A stretch of DNA of 59,146 nucleotides, filler included, from Psammoneis japonica (Eukaryota): the NCBI GenBank assembly GCA_008632985.1. It is 2 parts of 2 records of this genome, joined end to end, with 100 filler letters (N's around TTAATTAATTAA, not from the genome) between each part and the next. Parts side by side here need not be neighbours in the genome. Positions count along the whole stretch, not along the records: positions 1 to 29,381 come from QPGO01000593.1; 1 more part is not named here. One strand, 5' to 3'. How positions within the stretch are numbered: the stretch's first letter is position 1; each line of letters opens with the position of its first letter. Below, piece after piece: positions 1-11,700 of this stretch. The translations under genes and the position numbers were made by a program. A model generated the notes under the pieces. It was given only the letters and a program-made list of their open reading frames with translations. It searched no databases and was not told the DNA's origin.

Positions 1-889
1 AATCGCGTGTTGTTTGACATGAACTCACACGCAGCGCTCAAAGTTCCAATTGCGCTTTTCCCCGTGGCAGGACAAACTGGCAAGGCGCTTTTCAGCGGCG
101 TTTCGCCATGTCATCCACATCGCTGGGGCCCAAGAAATGGTTGCACAGGTTCAGGTGGGCCGTCCTGCCATCCTGACTCCTCTGGGCCGACTTGACACAG
201 GCCCAACTCGTGTGTTCTCGTGCAATGCCTGCAACAATTTCCCACACTTAGATGTCGTCGGCCGTGAACGTTTCGGCAGGTTGAGGGTCGTTCCCAGCAG
301 TGAAATGCGGGGCCCTCGCGATCATCTCCTCGATGGGATTGTTGCAGTTGGTGGCCGGATCATCGGCCTCGGGAGTTACTTCCTGGTTGTCATGGATGAC
401 GCACGCTAGCGGCATTTTCGTCTCGCCTCGGCATGCCCGCAGATGCTCCTGAATCGACTCGATCGTCTTCGGCCAGTCCTTCTCGATGATCGTTGGCAGC
501 GTTTCGGGCGGTGCGCAGGTCTCCTCTGTGGTGCAGAAGTGTCGGTGGCCTCGCACTGTGCAAGGTTGATGTCGACAGCTCGTGACGTCCGCAACATGCA
601 CTCGCAGTGACGAGCCGTGCACGCGGCGAGCTTGAGATTCGTCTCGGCTCGCAATGGGACTGACGTCCCCAGGTTGGGTTGGGCGTTCCCTCCTGCTCGG
701 CGGATTTCCTGCCGCAGCCCCTCTTGGGCGATGAATGACCTTGCACAAGGTCTCGACCTCGTGGTCGTCGAGATGACGCAGTTCATCGACTGAGTCGATT
801 CCCTGCTCATCGGTTAAAGCCGCGGCTGCTTGCGCGGCAAACCCCAGTCGGGTGTGGGCAGCACGCATTGCTGCAGCGGCTGCCGCCAT
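1..889 (-). pseudogene. gag: Ty1/copia (CoDi-like) element C, gag N-terminal part, degenerate
   Basis: ORF 248..991(-) from ATG 889 reads MAAAAAAMRAAHTRLGF..EQGIDSVDEL..DWPKTIESIQEHL..GETKMPLACVI. Frameshifted continuation to position 1 reads LASLSCHGEKRNWNFERCV..VHVKQHAI. These motifs resemble diatom copia gag. Lies downstream of an LTR and PBS. Confidence 0.85.
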
Positions 890-1547
890 GGTTGATGGTT
901 GCGAATGGTGCAATTTGATGTTCTCGCAAACTTTTGTGTGGTTGTGTGCGGAAAGTGAGTGAGGTGCATGAACTTCGCATCGCTTTTCCACCGTTGGATA
1001 AAAGCAATCAACGTGTCCACAGATGGCTGTTTGTGTTTAATCCACGTGGATCAATGTCTGCATGGGAATTCAGATGCAACGGCCACTGTTGCAATCTACG
1101 TGATCGAATGATGCATGTGCCGATCATCGGCAACATGCTCGTTCCCTGGTCTGCATTGACCAATGGTGAGGTTAAATGTGCATAATTTGTCAATCACATC
1201 GCGTCTACATGTTCAACTTGGATGTGTTCACATGCTCACTTGGCGATTTCAAATCGCCACGCAGTTGCCTCCGAGACAACTTCGGTGTGGAAATGGCGTC
1301 CCAGATCCAATTTTGCGCTCTGTGTCCGCTAATTTGCGCTCACAAAACACATCAGGACAGTCGATGCTTTTGTTGTCCACAAGCATTGCGGCCGAACTAG
1401 CCCTGGGAGTTACATGCTCGTCAAGCACGAACGTCGTCTCATGTTTGTCGATGTTTTCATGTCATCTCTGACAAGTTGGAACAAATGGTCGCATTGCGAA
1501 TCGTTCGCAAGCGCAGCAATCATTGCCGCTGTCGTCACATGTGGCGA

Positions 1548-1561
1548 TGGCTCTGACAAAG
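1548..1561 (-). promoter_or_regulatory. Primer-binding site of element C (CTTTGTCAGAGCCA; tRNA-iMet-like)
   Basis: Directly follows the LTR end at 1562. The same motif follows the LTRs at 6760 and 15271. Similar to the iMet PBS TGGTATCAGAGC. Confidence 0.75.
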
Positions 1562-2196
1562 TGAACAAATTACCCCGCAGTCGCTTGCCAGAAAACAAAG
1601 TCACAGAAAATCGTTGCAACATTGTGCCACTGTTTCTGAGATTGTGAGTAGATCTCGGATGGAGTCTTCCCATTCCGAATCGCCAAATGCACAGTTCCAA
1701 ACACTGTTTCCGACAAAACCAGTGTTTGGGAGGAACATGACAAGCTCGTCCACGGGCACGACGTGGAATCTCGTAAGTCTTCCAGCGGCGAAGGGTGGGA
1801 GGCCAAATTGACTGCGATTTGCAACAAACGTCAGGAGCATTTGGCGAAAGATGGAGGCGTGCTGCTTGACTCGGTCGAGGAACACCGCACATTTTCGACA
1901 ACGAGGATTCAAAATTGGATTTCAATGGTGCGACCAAGCCTCCAAGACAGCTTGAAAGAAGCCAAACGCCCAGCCAAACGTGGCACTCGCACCATTCGTA
2001 GCCACTTCCGTCGGGCGCCCCCTGCTGGGGGCGCCGGGTCAGGCTAATTGCACACAATTTCTGCCGCATCCTTTTAGGGTGCACTGGAAGTGTGGGTCAG
2101 CCGGCACCGGTGTTGCTGGGCAAAGGTGCAACGGCACTTAAAAATTGGAGTTTGGTTTTTTTTTGTTTCCGACAAAACCACATGGCAAATTCTTCG
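1562..2196 (-). repeat. 5' LTR of copia element C (176 bp, interrupted by a LINE fragment)
   Basis: 1562-1721 plus 2181-2196 align to 24235-24410. Removing the 443-bp insertion and its 16-bp TSD gives 176 bp, the same length as the 3' LTR. Confidence 0.85.
1722..2164 (+). mobile_element. 5'-truncated LINE (ORF2 C-terminus, 3' UTR, oligo-T tail) with a 16-bp TSD
   Basis: Flanked by the direct repeat GTTTCCGACAAAACCA (1706-1721 and 2165-2180). The + frame reads WEEHDKLVHGHD..EEH..RIQNW..GTRTIRSHF (stop at 2047), resembling a LINE ORF2 end. Terminates in GG followed by a T run. Confidence 0.8.
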
Positions 2197-4300
2197 TCAG
2201 ATCTCCGTCCTTTGTCTTGGCACAAGAATGAGCGTGGGAAGCATGCATGGCCTTCCAATGACCGAGGGGCAATCCTGGCTTCATGGGCGCAGAGGCAGTT
2301 TCCTTCCACGACTTCAACTTGCCCTCTAAATCATTGGCAGTGAGGCAAGAGGAGACAGCAACAGGGGAATGATGCTCGAGGTGCTGAACAAAGCAAGACA
2401 TGGCCTCATTGAGTTGGGCGGTGTTGCGCTCACCATCTGAGATTAGATCGGTGAAAATCGTGTCTGCCTCACAGCCGAGGTTGACGGACAATGGAGGAAC
2501 AGCAGGAGGAGTTCCGTGTGCTTGACCGAAATGATGCTGGCTGCGGTGGCAGATGGCGGAAGCCACATCATCTGGGGCGTCCATGGCAACCCAGTCCTCA
2601 CACTCTTTGGGATTCACCACGGGGTTCCGGGGCACCTGCACGCTGTTGACGCCATTGTCACTGTCAAGTTTGCAGCACTCAATCTTGCAGAAAATTTTCT
2701 TGGTTTCTTTGGCCTTGTGGACATTTTGTGTGATCTTTGCTTTCTGTTTTGACTCCTTTGTGCCTTCCACTTCTAGTGAGGCAATCTTCTTGGCCATTTC
2801 ATTTTTGCAGTGTGCAACGCTCTCAGCAGCAACTTGTCCACATTCAGCCTGGGAAGGCAAAAGAACCTTGCAGCTTGTCTCAGACAGTGTGTGGACATGG
2901 CTGACTTGATCCAGGCGGGTGTGCATCATTGAGACCACATGGCCAAGGACATGAACTCGGTGCCACAGTTGTGACAGTTCAACCGACCACTCTGGTTCTT
3001 GGTGGATCCGACACTTCTCAGCAGCAACCAAGGAGAACTGCAACATGCCTCAATCTGACCTTTCTGCTGGTTTGTGATCAGGGGCGTCTTGATCGGGCAG
3101 TGCCTGTGAGCAAGCCAAGATTTGTCTGCTGGCCAACATCTGTCCAATGGCATCTGAGCAGGTTGCAATTTGGGGTTGTGAAGAAGACTGGATGTCCCTG
3201 CAGCTGGCCTTGGGCAAGTCAACTGTGGGGTTCCCAGACAAGGCCATCGTGTCAAAGTCCACGAAGCAAGTGCGGTGGTCTGAAGTGATGCGACAACCGA
3301 ATGCTTCACATCCGCCAAACCTGGAAGCAGACAAGGCACCGGGGGCAGCAAGCACAAAGTCCAGGCATTTCCGTCCTGGCGTGCATGTGGAAAATTCAGT
3401 GCTGCCCATCAAATCATGTGACACATCCAAAAGGGTAAAACGCTGTGCAAGGGAGGCGAGAGTGTCCGCGTCAATCAAAAAATCAGTGATGAAATCTCTG
3501 CAAATGATGACTTCACGATTTGAGTTGACCAAGAACTCTTGCAGGCAACAAGATGAATCCGTGCAAAATTCATTCCTGGGGTCAATGGACTGTCCACCGT
3601 TTTGTCGTAAAAGGGCTGCTTGTTGTGCACATGCTGCAGTCTTTCCAGGGGTCCTTTGATTTTTTGCACAAACTCTGCAGCACGAAAGGAACATGACTTG
3701 CTTGCCATTGCACCCGTCAAAGATCTGAGCAGACCAACGGCCCAGTGGATCTGATTCTTGGCTTTGGCATCATGCTGAGATGGAGTTCCCCGACAAAAGG
3801 GCCGCACCACCAGGTTTGTGCTGAGTGGCAAAGGGGGCAGAGCTGCATGAGAAGGTGCTGCGTCTGTTGGAAATTGCACTGTGTGCAGCAGATCGACACA
3901 CTGACAAAATTTCACACTGTGCAGTGTCCAGACAGACTTCCGAAATGCCCATGACGTCTGCTTGGATCTCGTTTGCCATTTGACAACATTCACGAACGTC
4001 ACCACCTCTTTTGTCCAATTTACAACCATTGGCGTTGAATGCATGCAGTCGAGTGTGATGAGGCAGCTTCGGACGAAGGTCATCACCAACAGGATCATTG
4101 GATGCCAGCCAAGAAAAATCACTGCTTCGAGTGCTTGATGCGCTGTTGCTGGTGCCACTCAGGAGTGATTGCCATTTGTCAACGCAGGATGCACCAATGG
4201 AGTCACTGCTCATGTTGGGTCCACGCTCCTCCAAGGAGAAGACTGGGGCTTGGAGCTCTGACTGTCGGGTGATGCTGCGCTGCAGGAGAATTTGCGGCAC
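2197..4300 (-). pseudogene. LINE ORF2 N-terminal part (apurinic endonuclease and linker), degenerate
   Basis: Motifs VGDDL..TRLHAFNANG, ADVMGISEV, KPGG, EVIICRDF, GRKCLDFVL, SDHRTCFVDF, HFGQAHGTP and KSWKETAS..GLPLGHWKA, spread over frameshifted ORFs 3770..4300, 3050..3694 and 2138..3046. Confidence 0.85.
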
Positions 4301-4415
4301 TTGGCAGTGCGGTGGAACAAATGGAAGATGGCGAGGGAATCATTTGGAGGAGATGAGATGTCTGGTGGACGCCTGATGGTCTGATGGGGTGGAGGCGGTG
4401 AAGTCCAACCCCTGT

Positions 4416-6577
4416 CTAAAAATCCTTCTCCTTGTCACATGAGTCAGCCAAGCGATCTGTTGTGTCCATGTGATTTGGGCGTTTCCTTGCTGATGTTTGG
4501 ACTGGTTGATTCGCTTGGAGCAGTTGCACCATCTGATTCATCTGGTCCTGCATGCCCCCAAGTTGTTGAGAGTGCTGAGCCTGTGACACAGCGATGTCCT
4601 GCACAGGTTGTTGCATGAATGCATTGTCAATTGCCTCAACATCTCGCAAGTGTTGTGAACGTAGATCCTCCAAGGCTTTCTCAGCTTTCTCTTGCATCTG
4701 AGACATGTTGTGTTTGACATCAGCCAGCTGCACGGAGGTGATGGAATTGGCGGTCGACTGTGCAGCCTGTGCATGTGAGCGCGGAGGAGAATTCATGCCA
4801 GGGCAACTGGGACACACGGGTGGCAAGGGTGAGTTCTGGGAGCAGTGGGTGCAGATGTGGGGAGGAACAGCTGAGCCTGGTTGAGCACCACGGCCTGGGA
4901 AACCTTGACCTCTGCCATTGCAACTGTGGCCCGCCAATTTCAATGGTGGTGGTTGTTGGTGATTTCCTGAAGCTTGGTTGTCTGTCAAAGGCAAAACGTT
5001 GGAAAAGGTGAGAGATTCCAGGCTGTGGATGCCAGCCGACACAATGGACTTGCCAGTGTCCGACATCTCCTCTGGCATGCCAGAGACTTGAGGAGGATTC
5101 CTGAAGAGTGGGGTGGGGCAGGCTTCTTTCAAAATTGTTGGGACAAGGTTCATGATGCACGCAGAAATGGCAGCCCTGGCAGACTTGAACTCGAGAGGGT
5201 TGACGAGGACATTGTGTTGGCCGGCAGTGGCACTTGATGGGAAGATTGCTTTCATGTCTTTCAATGCCTTGAGTTGATTTTCAAAGCAGAGCATGATGTC
5301 CGGAGCAGTGCTCGACAGTGGAACAAAGAAAGCATCTTCATTCCAATGAGCCTGGATTTTGACCACATCACAAAAGGTGAGGGGGGAGATGTGCCGGGTC
5401 TTGGCCATGACGATGTGTGTCGGGAACTTTTCTGATGCACAAAGCAAGGCCTTTCCAGCCAAGCGACAGTCCTCCATCAATGCCTCAGTGGTGAAGGCAG
5501 CAGCATGGAGGGGAGGAGCAAGACCTTTGTCATCGGCATGAATTGAGATGGGCGCCAACCTGAACTTTGGTGTTTTGGTCTGGCATTTCCCAAGATCGCA
5601 GAGGAACATTTTTGCAGCTTCGTTGATGGGAGCATGTTTGGTCGTGGCAGCAATGTGGCATGCTGGGGAGGCCGTTTTGACATCTGATTCATTCCCAAAA
5701 TGACGTTTCATGCCCATGTTGTTAGAATCCAAAATGCTCTGGATGTGAGGATGAGAGCGAGTGTCACGCAGAGGAATTTTTGCAAAGATCCGGTGGCATG
5801 AGCGGTGAGTCAGAGGACACTTTTCACCTTTGCAAGTCGTTGAAATGACACAATGTTGTTCGTGTTGAAGAGAAGACACCCATTTGGCCATGCTGGGCAG
5901 CGCAAGAAGCAGTTTCCTGCCATGATGATTGTCTGGCTTAGAGTGCCACCTGTGCTGCTTCAAATGATGTTGAAAAGAGCAAGCTCTGTTGCCACATGGT
6001 TGGCACTGTGGTTGACAGCCACCCTGTTGAATCTGGCGGCAGTGTTGACATTGATGAGGCTTGGAACATGTGCAAAGCTGCGCAAGACCAGCATGCTCGA
6101 ACAACATGTTGGTGGCCATGGCGTGCATGGGCCAGCTGTTTTGCCACCTGCGCCATCCAAAAAAGCATGGTCTGAAAAAGGGCCTCAATTTTTTGCGTGA
6201 TGATGGCACGGTCTTCTTGCCCATGTGATGCAAGGAGCTGTGCTCTGTCACAGCAAGGGTGAGGATTCAAGCACTGGATCAAGCTCTTCTCAGACAACCA
6301 ATGCAAACAAACAAAAGGAAAAGGGTGTGCCAGAAGAAACTCAAAAAGCAGAGCAGCTGGGCAGCACAAGAAGCACATGCCTGCCCTGGGGATTGACTGG
6401 CTGAGAAAGCCACCTTCGCTGCTTCAAATGATGATGAAAAGAGCAGGCACTGTTGCCGCCTGGTTGGCACTGTGGTTGACAGCCACAACAGCCATCCTGT
6501 TGAATCTGGTGGCAGTGTTGACATTGACGATGCTTGGAGCGTGCTCCAATGATGCACTGGCAACCACGGCGTGCATG
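4416..6577 (-). pseudogene. LINE ORF1-like region (611-aa ORF 4416..6251), 5' end cut by copia A
   Basis: Long ORF directly upstream of the endonuclease ORF, with a Pro-rich and Gln-rich coiled-coil-like C-terminus. 6418-6577 repeats ~5953-6129. Confidence 0.6.
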
Positions 6578-6759
6578 CGAGTAAATCTGGATGGAGGGCT
6601 GTGCTGCAATTGGTGATTGGTTGAGACACATGGATCGAGTGGTGCTGCAGCAACACACTCACAATCTAATCAGGTTCAGGCTTGCATTGACAGTGTCACT
6701 GCTTTCCATTTAGACTCAAGGTGTCGTGCTTGTTCTTTCGTTGCATCGAGATTTATTCG
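6578..6759 (+). repeat. 5' LTR of copy A (182 bp, CGAGTAAAT...ATTTATTCG)
   Basis: Aligns with 13865-14014 and 15089-15270. Imperfect 9-bp terminal inverted repeat. Followed by a PBS at 6760-6773. Confidence 0.9.
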
Positions 6760-7219
6760 CTTTGTCAGAGCCAAGACGAAAAAGACAGAGCGAAATGGTT
6801 TCGAACACAATTCGTCATGGACGATTGTTTGTTGTGTTGTTTGCATGGAACGTGCAGCTGCAGAAACGGTGCTGAACTGTGCGCGATGCGTCAGAATTCG
6901 GATTGATGCGCACGATGATGTGTCTCGTGTCACTTGTTGTGACATCCACAAAAACAGCTTGCAATGGTGACACTCTCAAAGACAGTCACTGTCCTCACAC
7001 ATGTGACGGGTGTGAAGGGACTGCGGCATTGGGCGACATGCCCGAGCGTGTGCTCAACAATGTCGGTTGACATGAACGACACAGGACTGATCACCCTGAC
7101 GTCGGGTGGCTGTGTGAACCCGTCATCACAACACAGAGAAAGTGCAGCCATCATGACCATGCAGACTCACAGCTGTGTGTTCCCGGTGCGGGACCTTCAC
7201 ACCCTTTCTCTGTTGTGGG

Positions 7220-8735
7220 ATGGCAGCAGCGGCAGCACCAGCAGCAGCACTTGTGGCGTCAGCCGTGGCAGCTGACGTTGGTGCAGTTTTACAAGTTTGT
7301 GGCATTGCTGGCCAGAACGCAAGGGCAAGGTTGGTCTTCTGTGAAGGGTTCACAACTTTGGAAAACATCGCAGTGATGGAGAGTGATCACGATGTGGAAG
7401 ACATGGCGCATGGGGCATCTCGTCGCACGGTGGCCGACGGACGTGTGACTCTTGGGACTGTTCAGATCAAGAACTTGCAGGCGCTAGTGTGGTGGTGCCA
7501 GGATTTGCTCAAACCGAATCAGCCATTGGTTGCAGCAGACTTAAATGCAGCAGCTGTGGCTGCGGCCCGGAATGGCAGGCGTGTCGAAAAGGAGCGCATG
7601 GATTCGGACACGTTGGCAAGCAGTCTCATGAAGTTCAAGCCCGATGACTTCGATGTGTGCGAAGATGCTTTCCTGAATCTCTTGGCACAGAAATTTGGCG
7701 TGTTGAAAGAACCCCTTCGCTGTGTCGTAAGGACAATGCCAGCTCCGGCTGCATTCACGGATGCTCAACAACAGCGTGTGCACCAGATGCCATTGAATGG
7801 CGCCGCACATGACGAGGACAACCACAGCGTTTGCCGTGTGTTGAAGGAACACTTGGTCGACACAGCAGGGTGGGCATGGATCGAACCGTTTGACGCGACA
7901 GAAGACGGACGTGGAGCATTCAACGCATGGGTTGACCATTGCAGTGGACAGGGCGAGTTGAGCAAGTGCATCCATCTGGCTGCGGCAACTGTTGAAACCT
8001 TGTTTTGTGAAAAGGAAGAAACTTGCCAGTGCTTCAGCCACTTTGAACAAATCACCGGACGACTGCAAATCTGAACGACAGAAAGTTGACATTCTTCTAA
8101 AAGGGATCCGAACGGATGACACTCGTCTCATTGCAGCAACGGCTGTCATTGGCAGTCAGCACCCTCGTGACTTTGCGGGGGCATGTGCTCATTTCTCATC
8201 CGAAGTCTCTCGTTTGCATGCAGGTGCTCAGTTGGAAGCCCGGCGTTGGTCGAAGCGCAAGATTTCTGAAATGAGCCGTGGTTGCGGCAGTGGCCACGGT
8301 TTTTATCGAGGTCGCGGTCGCGGAGGAAGATTTGGACGTGGGGGTGGACGCAGACGTGGTGGTGGCCGTCAAGGCAGAGGTGGCGACCACACTGCAATGA
8401 TCAATGGAGTCAATGCATCCGACCCTGCAAGGAGCTTCAGTGCTCTAGAATGGGAAAAGTCACAGCACAATGGAGGCATGAGCTGCGTGTTCCAAGCTGG
8501 CGAACGAATGGGTCATGGACGCGGTGGTGGCCGTGGGTCTCCCGCAGGTCAACAAGGACGCGATGGGGGCAGCAGGCATGTGGCTGAAGCCCAAGTCTGT
8601 CAAGATGGCCAAGGCCAAACCCAACAACAGGATCAGGAGCAAAGGAGCAGCAGGCGTGGTCGCGGCGCTGACCGGGATCGCGGTGGATGCAATGGATGCG
8701 CCTTCGGTCGGGGAGCCTGCAATGGCTCCACCTGA
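7220..8735 (+). pseudogene. gag: copia gag, copy A (frameshifted near 8020)
   Basis: ORFs 7175..8074 and 7992..8735: EPLRCVVR, GWAWIEPF, DGRGAFNAW, KVDILLKGI, and an RGG-rich C-terminus. Paralogous to 15703-17213. Confidence 0.85.
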
Positions 8736-8744
8736 CTCCTTGGG

Positions 8745-11700
8745 GTGGCAACAGCCACTGGAGCATTGGCGCATTTGGCACACTTGTCTTTTTTGCTTGT
8801 GTTGCCCTTCTTGCTGTTGACCAAACCCCACCCAACATCTCATTTCAAAGGAAAGGCGACAAAGAGGCACATTGCCGTGACATCAAAGCGTGTGATCCGA
8901 TCGACGAGTTTTGCACAGATGACAAATTTGACGACACCTGGGTTTGTTGCTCGAAATGAATGTGACACTCACGCAGACACTTGTTGCGCTGGGGCGAACT
9001 GGAAGCTCATGGAGATGACAAATGAAGTGTGCGAGGTGCACCCATTGTCATGTGTCCCACCCAAAGTGCGAGCTGCGTGAATGGATGAGATGCCGTCATG
9101 CTGCCTGACGGTTGCCGGCAAGCCTCTTTGCCATCTCGCTCGCTCAGTGGGCACTTCAATGTCTTGACCATTGAATCAACTAGCACATCGCCTGCGTGGA
9201 CATGTCACCACACGCGACATCCTCCTTGCTGGTGACTTCAATGTTCTTCGTTCAACGGAGATCGACTCAGATTTCTTCGACACTCCTCGTTCCTTTGTCA
9301 AGTCGGTTCCCCTGAGATTCCTGATTCCCAGGTCAGAGAATCGGTCTGTGCACCGCTCCTTCTCATCCCTTCGAACAGAAAGTCTCTTTCGAGTTTCGAA
9401 CCTTCGACCTCTTTGACCTCACCGCCAATCGGAACTTTCAGCTGCGAAGACCTCGTCTTGCATCCGCTGTGTCAAGTGGACATGCAGGTGTCTCACCATG
9501 TCATGTATCCTGCCCAAAGTGCGAGCTGCATAAATGGATGAGATGCCGTCACACTGCCTGACGGTTGCCGGCAAGCCTCTTTGCCATCTCGCTCGCTCAG
9601 TGGGCACTTTAATGTCTCAACCATTGAATCAACTAGCACATCGCCTACGTGGACACATCACCACACGCGACAACCCATTTCTGGACTCTTGTGAGCCGAT
9701 CAAACAGATTCCTGTGGCACGTTGTTGCACCGCATGGACAGATCCGGAAACGACTCGTGAACATTCGCTGGTTGGTGATCAAATGCTCTGGTTTGGGACC
9801 AACATGTGACACTCACTTTTGAATCCCAACCAACTCCGTGCGCACAACATGCCCGCACATGACAACCCTTGCGACACCCGAAACGGATTTGGCATTGAAG
9901 CTGACGAAGCTTTCATCCCTTTCAATGCCACGGGGACAATTGTGTCTTTCAAGTCTCGTGTTCCGACGGATTGGGAAGCACAGAACTTGCCGGTTGTGCT
10001 GTTGACAGGCAACGCATGGGATCCAGCACAGATGGACATGGGCTTGCCAGAGTGCGCTAGAGAGCAGGCGGAGATGCGCGCCATTCAATCATCGACCTCT
10101 GGCATGCGACAAGAACAGGTCTCGGAATTGAGGAGCGAGAAGGCAAAGTCCCAAGCAGCACACTGGGGCGAGGTCGAAATGCAGCTGTCGTCCATGTCTC
10201 CCATCTGTCAACTTCAATCGTTTTGCGACAGGCTTGTCAGCTCAGTGAACGTGGCTTGTGCATGTCGCGATGACATGGACAAGAGGCAGAGGGCAGTCAA
10301 AGATTTGTGCAGCAAGGATCGGCACTCGAAGGTTGACGCTGAAGAGCTGGCCCGAAAATGGAGTGTCGGTTTAGAAACGGCAAGAGACACTCTCAATGTA
10401 ACAACTCAGCGCGGTGTGCAAACGGCGACCCAGCCGATGTCACGAAGAGTGAGGGTGGATCATCTTGACTTGCATCGGAAGCATCTGAAAGGAACATGGT
10501 TTGTGGACACTTTGACATCCAAGGTGAAGTCTTCACTCGGCAACACATGTGCCAATGTTTGTGCTCAGGGCAAATTCGTGAAGGTTGTGCCGATGACCGC
10601 CAGGTCGGAGGCAGGTTTGTCTCTTGTTGAATTCACAGACAACGTGGGTGCACCAGAATGTCTTGTGTCGGACGGGGCAGGAGAGTTCACAGGAAGGAGT
10701 GCCGAATTTGTGAGACATGCACGACGCATGAGAGTGCAATTGAGAACATCAGAGCAGGGTCGGAAGAACCAGAACCAGGCAGCGGAGCGTGAAATTGGTT
10801 TCTTGGCCAAACGTTGGCGGCTGCAGATGACAAAGAAGAAGGTGCCAAAGCGATTGTGGGATTTTGGTCTTGTTTGCGAGTCGGAATTAGTGTCGCGCAT
10901 GGCAAGAGGCAGGGACAAGAGGGCTGGATGTGAAGAGGTCACTGGGCAGACACCAGAGACAGGCCAGTGTTTGGATTTTGGTTTCTACGACATGGCATGG
11001 TGGTGGGACAGGCCCAACAAGCCGAGTGCAACTGACGATCCTCGAAGGCTTGGACGGTGGCTTGGCATCTCACACAAAGTTGGCTCGGACATGTGCCATT
11101 GGATTGTTGCGGAAAGTGGGGAGATTGTCTCCAAAACATCGGTCGAGCACGTGACACAGGCTGACATGGCACAACCGGACATTCGTGTTGAGGTTGACAA
11201 CTTTAACGAGCAGCTGGAGAAGCGATTGGATGATGCTGACTTTGTCTTAAAAGGTGATGAAGCTGTGCCCGCATTCGTGGTGGACGATCTTGCAATTGAC
11301 GGCAACCTTGGTGTGGAATGTGAGGGCGGCATCACGCCAGAGGACGAGGAGTGTGGCAACATGCTGTTGCCTGACGAGTGACCAGACGACGATGACGAGC
11401 AGGCAATCGATCAACACCTGGGAATGGAACTTGTGTTTGACATCGGAGCCAACGGCGAGCGACGTGGTGTTGTAACGAAACGTGCAAGAGGACAGGATGG
11501 GCGTCCAATTGGGACTCGGCATCAAAACCCATTGTTTGACACTCGCAAAAACGAAGTGGAACATGCCGATGGAACCACAGATGAGTGTGCAGCCAATGTC
11601 ATTGCCAAGAACATGTTTGCTCAGGTCAACAGCGAGGGCAACCAGCATTCCATCTCACACGAGATGCAGGACCACGAGAGGAGTGACGATGCGGTGTCGA

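Noticed and set aside
9046..9672. ADAR-type RNA editing or RT error during retrotransposition
   Set aside because: That would be strand-biased and largely copied into both LTRs. Both strands are hit, the LTRs differ, and repeats with no retroelement features are affected.
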